Source: Eledone cirrhosa (lineage: Eukaryota). Taken from it: a stretch of DNA of 64,000 bases. The stretch spans positions 134,912,001-134,976,000 of the forward strand of contig OZ024740.1 of the NCBI GenBank assembly GCA_964016885.1. Reading direction: 5' to 3'. A program made the translations under genes and the position numbers. The notes under the pieces were generated by a model that saw nothing but the letters and a program-made list of their open reading frames with translations, was not told the DNA's origin and made no database searches. Of the stretch, positions 13,111 through 22,800 are shown piece by piece (position 1 is the first letter of the stretch; each line of letters opens with the position of its first letter).

Positions 13111-14229
13111 CCCTTTAGTGTTCAAACCGCCCGAAAACACCCACACTAAAAAATCGTTCTAAAATAAACAAACCATCATCAAAATCTCGTCAATTCGAGA
13201 CTTCTGCGAGATTAGGCCCTTACCGCGAAAATTAACACTTAATATAGTGGAACAACTTAAAACAAGTGTTTTTTTTTTAACTTTGAAAGTGCAACAAGTG
13301 GTTTTTTTTTGTATCAACATGGCTTATTAAAGTAGCGATACCCACTTTGAAGGTTTTACACACGACGACATTCAGAATAAACAAGAAACAAACGATAATA
13401 TTAGTGATTTATCTTCAAATGAATCTGATGTTTATATTTCTGAAATTTCGTCCGACAATGATTGTTTTGAAAGTGAAAACGGAGGTCTCCAGGACGCCAT
13501 TGAAAATATTACAGCAACGTGGTTGAAAAATACCACACCAATGTTCCCGATTTTATTCAAAATACTGGTCTACAACACACATTAGCTCTCGATGCTAAAG
13601 CACTAGATTATTTCTTTTTGTTTTTACCACAAACTTTCTTCGAAGTTGTGGCAGAAGAGATTAATCGATATGCCCAACAACAGATTTCAAATTGAGGAAA
13701 ACCCGATGGAATTACTGGAACACTGATATAAGGTTTAGTGATTCTTATATATCAAGTATTATTCCGAAAACAACGTATTTAAAATTAAACCAGTATTTGC
13801 ACCTGGTTGATACTTCAAATGCCCAATTTCACCTGCCGATAAAAGTCAAATTTGACCAAAAAAAATCAGGTAAAATTATATAATTGTAAATTATTGATAT
13901 TTAAACATCTACTGACAAATTTTCAAGCCTGCACATAGAAAATTAAGAAAATTACAAACAAATAAAATTGATAACCCTCTTGTTGAGTATGGTTAACTGA
14001 AAATAATTGTTTCTACTTTTGGCACAAGGCCAGCAATTATCCCAGTACATTACTGGTACTTTATTTTATCGACCCTGTAAGGATGAAAGGCAAAGTTGAC
14101 CTCGGCGGGATTTGAACTCAGAATGGAAAGGGCCGTAATTCTATGCGTCAAAGCATGACGTCCGACCCTCTACTGATACTGCCAATCCACCGCCCTTGGT
14201 TAACTGAAAATAATGCGAATGCTAAAGGG
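13111..14229 (+). mobile_element. Non-autonomous piggyBac element (internally deleted, frameshifted transposase) with nested SINE
   Basis: TTAA|CCCTTTAGTGTTC...GAATGCTAAAGGG|TTAA; interior colinear with the 19686-21151 copy. Confidence 0.9.
14008..14196 (-). mobile_element. tRNA-derived SINE inserted in the piggyBac, with 18-bp TSD
   Basis: TGGTTAACTGAAAATAAT duplicated at 13990-14007 and 14197-14214; A box TGGCAGTATCAG and B box GAGTTCAAATCC on the minus strand; empty site visible in the 19686-21151 copy (~21084-21102). Confidence 0.9.
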
Positions 14230-14361
14230 TTAAAAGAATTTGAGTATAAAATTATTAAATGTCCTAAGAGTTGATTGAATACATAATTTAAGAGAAAAAA
14301 TTGCTAATGTAATGAATATTAGTTTTGTTTTGTTGTTTTTTAATTTATATTTATTTTCTAG

Positions 14362-14522
14362 CTTGGAAAAATGCGTCTTCAGATTCCCTGTCGTTGCAGT
14401 ACATGTACACATTTACAGTGTTTTGATGCTTTCACATTTCTAATGATGAATGAGAAAAAACCTACATGGATCTGCCCTGTCTGTGATAAATCTGCAGCAT
14501 TTGATAAACTTATTATTGATGG
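14362..14522 (+). CDS. PIAS: PIAS exon, SP-RING (MIZ) zinc finger, phase 0/2
   Basis: ttctAG|CTT...GATGG|GTaaat; [54 protein letters not shown]. Confidence 0.96.
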
Positions 14523-15559
14523 GTAAATATATTGACAGCTTTTCATGTGATTCAAACTGATTTGAAGCTAATCAAATATTGTTTTTTTAATCTTCTTTAG
14601 TTTTCCCTCATATAAAGACACATTAATATTATAAAGAATGGATACTTTTAGAATCTACGAATGTATTTTTATTTTACTGGGCTATAGTTTAAAATTTTAT
14701 TTGAACCATAAAACTATACCTAGACCATTTTAAGGGTGGAGCAATTCAATATTGACTTGGAACAATAATTACAATGGTCAAGAAATGAACTTAGATTGTT
14801 TCAGTATGAGGTGTACTAGCTAACTTTATCTCTAGGTTGGTACATTTGGTAAAGAATTGCAATGGATTAGTTTAGTGAAAAGAGAGCACATGATTTGATG
14901 GTAGCTGTAATGTCATGAAGACCTCATCACTCATTTTTATTTAAGCTGACAATATACATGTCAAAATTAGGCAAATGCTAGAAATCGGAATGTGCTTCTA
15001 TAATTGAATTTATAAGTCTGGGTTTTATGGAAGCTTTCTGAAAGATCATATATGAAACATTTACTGCAGTGATTGTTCTGCATAAAATTGACATAGGACC
15101 AGGTAAAGCATAATTAAAAGTGTTATGAAAAGATGTTCTTAGGAGCGAGGGGCACTTCTGATGCATATTTGTATAAAGTTTAAGTTTGTAAGTTGTTTTT
15201 TTTTCTTTTTGAGCGGGTACATAGAAATAATCAGACTGGATACCCGATCGTGCAGTTAAACCACTGGGAGTGAAGGACTCCTAGCCCTTGTCAGGGCATT
15301 CTTCAAGGAGAAGGCATCTCAGGAAACTGTGTTCACTCCGACATAAAACCTGCGGCTCAGTAGTTACCGATGATGATCTTTTCTTCTTTTCGGGTTATAG
15401 CTACTGTTGCTCAGAGTGGGATTGGCTCAGTGTATAGTCTTTCCTCACTTTAAAAATATTCTTCACGCACAGGTATTGCACGATTGCATTAATTAATAAT
15501 TATTAATAGTGTAAAATGGAGGGGTAGAAAGGGCCCATGAGTCCAGTAAGACAGCCTCT

Positions 15560-18500
15560 CTAGTGCTGGTGGCACAAATAAAAGCATCCAGTCCATGCTG
15601 TAAAGTGGCACTGGTGTTTGGAGGGGCATCCAACCAGTGTATTAATGCCAAAACAATTATGAGCACAACAAATATATCGCAATAACTGCGTAAACAGCAA
15701 TAACACTAACCATGTTAGGGCTGCACACGGTAGTGGAGTGGCTGGTGCAGCCATGTGCGAGAACCCCCCGACCGTCTTCAAGCAATCGCACTACAGGCAA
15801 AGGAACAAGAATATTAAGACGTTGCAACACTTAATGTTGGCACTCTTACAGGTAGATCTGGAGAGAAGGCATGTGGATGTGTGCTGCATGCAAGAGGTGA
15901 GATGGAGAGGTGCCTCTGTGAGACTAATCGCAGGCAAACATCATAGTTATAAGCTTTTCTGGGTAGGTAAGGATGATGGGTTAGGCATTTTCCTGGCTGA
16001 GAGATGGATCGATAAGACAATAGAGGTAGTTCGAGTTAATAATAGAATAATTAAGCTTAGATTAGCTGTAGGCAGGAGACTACTGACAATCATCTCTGCC
16101 TATGCTCCCCAGGCAGGCCTAGGTAAAGAAGAGAAAGACTGCTTTTTCGAGCAACTTTTACAAACAGCCGCAATGACAGAGGAAGGAGACATCGTTATGC
16201 TAGCAGGGGACTTCAATGGTCATGTTGGACAGTTCTAGGATGGTTACACTGGGGTACATGGTGGGCACGGTTACGGCTCAAGAAAAGGAGTGAGACTTCT
16301 TGAATTTTGTGATGCAAGTACACTAACTTCCAGAAACCTGCCAACCACCTAATAACCTACAAATCAGTCGAGCACATGACCCAGATTGACTTATTACTAC
16401 TTAGGCAGATGGTGTCAAATACCAAGGCATACCTTGGGGAAGAATGTACCCCACAGCATAGGTTAGCCAGTAGTGATATCTCAGTGGGCAGGAGACGGAA
16501 TGAGACATACAGGAAGGTGTGGAGAAGAAAGGTCTGGAAGCTAAAAGACCTTTCACTAAAATAGAAATTTAGGAAAGCCCTTCAAGATGTGTATGGCGAA
16601 AAAGACGATGATTTAGAGTCGTATGACATAGATGATAACTGGAATTTCTTAAGTGATAACTTACTGCAGGCTACTGATGAAACTTGTGGCTGGAGCAGAG
16701 AATGACTTGGTGGTGGAACAGCACGGTAGATGGGGCCATTAGAAACAAAAGACTAGCATGGAAGGGTGAGAGTAGAGAAGGATATACAGCCGCTAAGAGA
16801 GAAGCTAGACGTCAGGTGTACTCAGCATGCAGGGAGGCTGAGAGTAGGAGGTTTGCCAATGTTCTGCGGCGGCAAGATCAGAAACGTTCGGTGTTCCACA
16901 TTGCAAAGCAGTTTGTCAATGCAAATCAGGATGTCGTTGGAGATAAATGTGTCCGGAATGATGCTGGTGTACTTAGTGTCACGAATGATCAGAAAAAGGA
17001 GGCCTGGAAATGTCATTATGAGAGACTGATGAATGTGGAGAACGAATGGGAGAGAGAGAAATTACCCTCAGTTGATCCAACAGAGGGACCAGCTATTGAG
17101 ATTGACGAATATAGGGTCCAAGAGGAGATTAAGGAAATGAAAAATGGTAAGGCCGCTGGACCGTCGGTGATAGTTGCTGAGATGCTGAAGGCATCAGGGG
17201 ACGTAGGCACTAAACTGGTTGCATGCATCATCAGTCAGGCTATATATGGCGGTTTCGTAACAAAAGACTGGTGCAGCATTATTCTCATAAATTGCTACAA
17301 AAGTAAAGGGGACGCTTTCGAGAGGAGCAATTATAGGGGTATAAAACTGATGGATCAGATTATGAAAGTGGCAGAAAGGATATTAGCACAACTACTTAGA
17401 GAAAAGGTCAAACTAATGAGATGCAGTTTGGTTTTGTGCCTGGGAAAAGTACAAAAGATGCCCTCTTCTTGGTGAGACAATTACAAGAAGGGTTCTTAGA
17501 GAAGAATAAGCCACTATACTTAGCTTTTGTTGACCTAGAGAAGGCCTTTGATAGGGACCACCAGATGACAGATCGGGGTACCCTAAGTAAACTAGGTGTT
17601 GAGGAATGGCTTGTGAGGACAGGGCAAACTCTGTACAGAGGTGCTGTCAGTAAAGTGAGGGTAGGAATGGAGTTTAGTGAGGAATTCCAGATACAAGTAG
17701 GAGTACATCAGGGTTCGGTCCTCAGTCCGCTTTTGTTCATTATAGTCCTCCAAGCTATAACAGAGGCGTTTAAGACTCACTGTCCATGGGAACTTCTCTA
17801 TGCTGACGATCTGGTTCTTATAGCAGAATCAGTAGACAAGCTAGGGAATAAATTGTGGCTATGGAAACAGCAGTTGGAATCAAGAGGACTGAGAGGGAAC
17901 CTAGCTAAGACAAAAGTGTTGATGAGTAGAAAAGAGGACAAAACTATGATTCCATCAGGGAATTGGCCATGTTCGATATGCAGAAAAGGAACTGGCATAA
18001 ATTCTATAAAATGCACACAATGCAGATCCTGGGTACACAAAAGATGTAGTGGGATAGCAGGCAAACTAACAGGTAGGGAGAAATACGTATGCAGTAGATG
18101 TACAGGGAAATTAGACAGTAGAAGTCGCATTGATAGACACATTTTTCAAACGCAGCTGGGTGCTATAGAAGTGGTTGATAGCTTCTGGTACCTGGGAGAT
18201 CTGATTAGCATGGGAGGGAGGGTGTTCCGAGGCCATAGTATCTAGAATAAGGACGGGTTGGAAGAAGTTTAGGGAGCTGGTTTCTCCCAGCGTATGAAAG
18301 GCCGGTTGTATGATGCCTGTGTGAGGAGCGCGATGCTGCATGGGCAGCAACTGCAGAGGATATGCGACGGCTGGAGAGAAATGAGGCAAACATGCTCCGT
18401 TGAATGTGCAATGTCAATGTGCGTGAACGACCAAGCATGGATATGTTGAGAGAGAAACTGTTTCTAAGAGGGATAGATTGTAGTGTGCGGGAGAGGAGAC

Positions 18501-18567
18501 TGCGATGGTATAGATCCGTCCCACCCTTGCAAGCAGGGAAAAGCGGACGTAAAATGATGATGATGAT
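15560..18567 (+). mobile_element. RTE-clade LINE, near full length, frameshifted (APE endonuclease, RT, PHD-like finger)
   Basis: CCMQEVRW, IISAYAPQ, GDFNGHVG, QIDLLL (endonuclease); QFGF, FVDLEKAFD, GVHQGSVLSPLLF, LLYADDL (RT); (ATG)n tail after AAGCGGACGTAAA; 5' boundary approximate. Confidence 0.95.
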
Positions 18568-19144
18568 ATACATATAATGTGTGTGTGTGTGTGAGAGAGA
18601 TTTGATTTATATCAACCTTAGACCATACTTTTAGTGAAAATATTATATTAATTCATTGCCAAACTAGTTTGAATTGTTGTGGGGAGGGTATTTCTGTTCG
18701 TACAAGAAATATTTACAAATAGGCACACTAGCATTTTGCTGTAGCTTCATACTGTTTTGAAAGCTTTTGTTAGTTTTTAGCATTGTGGATTTTTTTTTTT
18801 TTTTTTTTTTTTTTCGTATTGGATTTGTTAGATGTATTGTTTAATAGGTGAAATAAGATTGGGTTAAACATTTTGTCAGACTGAGAAAGCATGTCCACAC
18901 TTCATAAATGAGATTTTGCATGACTCAACTAGTATTCAAATGGGTTTCCTAACCTCTACGTTTTGGTATTTTACTCCCATTACTAGGGCACATTTCTAAA
19001 CTTAATTAGCACCAATTGTTGGGTTCCATGTTTATTTTGACTTCTAGATAAATTTAGAAATTGTTAAATTCTTGATCAAGGTTATTGTACTTGAGTTCTC
19101 AGCAGGATGAGATGTTTCTGTTTTATATTATATTGTATTGATTG

Positions 19145-19356
19145 GCGACAACGAAAAAGCACCCAGTCCACTATGTTAGATGGTCGTTTTGCTGCCACAA
19201 TAAAAAGCACACAGTTCACTTTGTAACATGGTTACAAGCAAAATTACAGATCCATATGAGCAAGACATGGTCACCTGACCTGACTTGCCTCATAACATTA
19301 CAACCTATCTAACCCATACAAGCATGCAAAAATAAATGTTTAACAATGATGATGAT
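19145..19356 (+). mobile_element. RTE-related non-autonomous retroposon fragment abutting a PIAS acceptor
   Basis: Two aaaaagcac(c/a)cagt(c/t)cact sub-repeats, an RTE-like 3' end ccatacaagcatg and an (ATG)n tail; candidate TSD TGATTG at 19139-19144 and 19353-19358. Confidence 0.65.
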
Positions 19357-19368
19357 TGTCTCTTTCAG

Positions 19369-19508
19369 ATTATTTGTGGAAATTCTTCAACAGTCTGCTG
19401 GTTGTACAGAAATCCAATTTGGTGAAGATGGTTCTTGGAGCCCTTTAAAGGCTATAAAAGAAACATTAGTTATCAGCAGCCCAGTTATTAAAAGCTCATC
19501 AATACCAG
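19369..19508 (+). CDS. PIAS: PIAS exon (SP C-terminal domain), phase 2/1
   Basis: tctttcAG|A...CCAG|GTgaaa; LFVEILQQSAGCTEIQFGEDGSWSPLKAIKETLVISSPVIKSSSIP. Confidence 0.93.
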
Positions 19509-19685
19509 GTGAAATTATATTTGATTTAACTTTAATTTTGGAAGAAAGAAAATTATTTGCTAATGATGCACATTTTAGAAAATCATGTATACTGGAAACG
19601 TTGCGAGCATTGATGCTTCTCCAGTTTCGTAGATATATCGGAAATGTTGGTTATATTTTGATTTTCTCATGACATTGTCTCTTAA

Positions 19686-21151
19686 CCCTTTAGCGTTCAA
19701 AGCGACAAAAACCGACAAAATTATGTCCCCTTTCATTTATTCAAACCGACAAAAACCGACATTTAATACCACACGGAGATTTCCTTCTAAAAATAAACAT
19801 TGACATCATCGAAATCTCGTCAATTCGAGATTACTGCGAGATAAAGCCCTTACGCGCGAAAATTAACTCTTAGTATAGTTAAAGAACTTGCGATAACACG
19901 TGTTTTTAACGTTGAAAGTGTACCATGGCTTCCGAAAGTAGCGACAACGAATTTGAAGGTTTTACGTCCGACGACATTCGAGATCAAAAAGAAACAGAAG
20001 ATAATATCAGTGATTTATCTTCAAACGAATCAGATATATTTATTTCTGATATATCTGATAATGATGATAGTTACTTTGAAAGTGAAAGAGAAGATTTGAC
20101 TGACACCATTGAAAAGATAGCAACATGGTTGAAAGAAACATCGATACATGTTTCGGATTTTACTGAAAATATTGGACCACAACACACATTACCACCCGAT
20201 GCTAAAGCACTGGATTATTATTTTTTATTTTTACCACAATCTTTCTTCGAAGTTGTGGCAAATCGCTATGCACAACAACAAATTTCTAATATCGGAAAAC
20301 TCGATCTGTTATGTTGTCCGACAGATTCTGCCGAAATGAAAGCGTTTTTTACCATAAATATTATGTTTGGTATTAAACAATTTCCACGACTGTGGAATTA
20401 TTGGAGTACTGATATAAGGTTTGGTGACCCTTATATAGCTAGTATTATGGCAAAAACGAGATTCATTAAATTAAACCAGTATTTGCATCTGATTGATACT
20501 TCAAATGCCCCTGGTAGAAATGAATCAAATTACGACCCACTGTACAAAGTACGACCATTAATTGAAATATTGTCAGAAAAATTTAAAAGTGTGTATAAAC
20601 TTATATATTGGGAACTTTCTATTACGTAATTTTACACCGTACATTTACAGAGTACATTGCCAATATTATTTTGACCGGTGAAAAGGTTTTATACATTTTT
20701 TTCAATGAAAATATTTGCCTGGAATGTAGAGAAAGACTAAAACCGTGTACTGATTACACCTGCATTTTTAATTAATTCACCTGTTCAGAAAACTGCTAGA
20801 ATTGATGGAAATCAGCATCTAGGTCATTATTGGATTTTTTTGCAACAAATCTAACAGATAAGGCAGATAAAGTTTAAATTTTTGTGTTTATCCATAAAGT
20901 TATTACTTTTACACCTGTTAATTAATTTCACTTGCCCATAAAAGTCAAATTTAACAAAAAAAATCAGGTAAAAATATATAATTGTAAATTATAGTTATTT
21001 AAACATCTACTGACAAAATTTCAAGTCTGCACATAGAAAATTAAAGTAATTACAAACAAATAAAATTGATAACCCTCTTGAGTATAATTAAGTGAAAATA
21101 ATGTGAATAGATGAACATGACATTTGACAATTCAATGTGAATGCTAAAGGG
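19686..21151 (+). mobile_element. Non-autonomous piggyBac element with truncated PGBD4-like transposase ORF
   Basis: TTAA|CCCTTTAGCGTTCA...TGAATGCTAAAGGG|TTAA (13/14 TIR match). Confidence 0.93.
19925..20629 (+). pseudogene. piggyBac transposase N-terminal half (234 aa), no DDD catalytic core
   Basis: Acidic N-terminus (SDNEFEGF), EMKAFF.INI.FGIKQ.P.LWNYWS, M.KTRF..LNQYLH, YDPLYKVRPLI; ends before the catalytic aspartates. Confidence 0.85.
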
Positions 21152-21184
21152 TTAAACATTTTTATATTGTTTTATTTTATATAG

Positions 21185-21323
21185 GATCACCCGAGAAAAA
21201 AGCAAGTCCACAGCAGGATGTGATTGATTTGACTATGGATTCCTCATCTGACGAGGAAGATCTCACACAGCATGTTACTCCATCACGAACTCCAAGTACA
21301 TCTCAAACCAGCAATTCTTCAGG
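21185..21323 (+). CDS. PIAS: PIAS exon with SUMO-interacting motif and acidic tract; read-through to TGA at 21379-21381 would give a short isoform
   Basis: tatAG|GA; GSPEKKASPQQDVIDLTMDSSSDEEDLTQ...SNSSG. The phase-2 donor GG|GTGTGT at 21324 is the only one compatible with the 29367 exon; a second donor GTGAGT lies at 21328 (phase 0). Confidence 0.88.
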
Positions 21324-22444
21324 GTGTGTGAGTCCATATGTTATTCCTATTGGCACGCCATCTCCTCCCTCACACTTCTGAATGCTGTCTGTGACCACAC
21401 TGTACAGACTTCAACATTGCCTTGAACTGTTTAAGCTGCATGTTGTTTCGACTTGATGGCTGGACTTTGTATATACATAGATATTATTCCATTTAAGCAC
21501 AGAAACTTGCAATTTCTCTTTTTTGCAAAATTTAGTTTGATAGAATTTTTTTTTTTATTTTTTTTTTAAACTCAAGATATCTATCTTGTTAGTTGTCTAA
21601 AATACTTGCAATTCTGGCTTATCATCACTTGGTTATTCCATACAACATGTAATTACAATTATTTTAAATAACATTTCCCTCTCCTCACACTTGTATAAAT
21701 TGTTTAAAAGAAAGAAAAATGTTTATATAGACCAAATGGAAAACATTCTAATTTCCTCTATATATAACTTATTAGATTTCTCTCCCTGCACTCTTCCATT
21801 ACTTTGATCATTTTCAGTTAGTTATAACATAAGCATATATGTTGCTGAGAGAATGTATGTGCTTGGATATATATATATATATTCAAATACATATTTTTGT
21901 CATGTTCCCCCCTCACTTTCACTTAATTTTAATATATTTTGACATTTAGTAAAATTCTCCCTCCATAATTGTCCTCATCTTTTTTGTCTTCATCATTCCA
22001 TTTTGATTATTTCATGGTATCAGATTTGTTTATATAATACATCTGACAATAAATGTAAGTTGGCTTTCATTCATTTTTGTTACTCTTGTTCAACAATTCT
22101 TGAATAACAAGCAGTGAGGTCCTACTTGCCTCAAATGCTAACATAACATTCTCTATAGTCTTGAAGTGGACTGGTTTGGGTAAACAGATTTTCATCTTTT
22201 AAATCAAACTAAATATAATTAAGATATTGAAGAATTTATAGATTATTTTTTTGAGATATTTCAAAATATTAAAAAAAAATTAGTTAAGTCACCCTTGTTC
22301 TCTCGTTTACTTGAATGGTTCATTTCAATATGTTTCTCCGGATAGATTTTTTATCTTTAATTAAAATCAAATCTAGTCTCAAAATGTCTTACGGAGAATG
22401 CTATTTATAAAAGTAAATCATTACAGTGAATTGAGAGAATTCTA

Positions 22445-22800
22445 TAAGCCATTGATAGGTTGTAAAAACAAATAATTTCGAAATTTTAATTTACAATAAC
22501 TGTTTCAACTTGTATTAAGTCATGATCTGTTTACACTAAGGATAAAATCTTCATACATTAATTTGCTTTCCTTAAGTTTACTGTCACCTTTTGTCTTCGA
22601 ACTGAGGTCTTTCTTTTATTTTAAGCCATTTGATAGGTTGTAAAAACAAATAATTTCGAAATTTTAATTTACAATAACTGTTTCAACTTGTATTAAGTCA
22701 TGATCTGTTTACACTAAGGATAAAATCTTCATATATTAATTTGCTTTCCTTAAGTTTACTGTCACCTTTTGTCTTCGAACTGAGGTCTTTCTTTTATTTT
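22445..22800 (+). repeat. Direct tandem duplication, ~177-178 bp x2
   Basis: taagccatt(t)gataggttgtaaaaacaaataatttcg...gaggtctttcttttattt starts at 22445 and again at 22622, nearly identical. Confidence 0.92.

Noticed and set aside
19900-19930. PIAS-piggyBac fusion by exon trapping (CSB-PGBD3-like)
   Set aside because: The nearest AG (19917-19918) is phase 0 relative to the transposase ATG, while the upstream PIAS exon ends in phase 1, so the fusion is out of frame; the pyrimidine tract is also weak.
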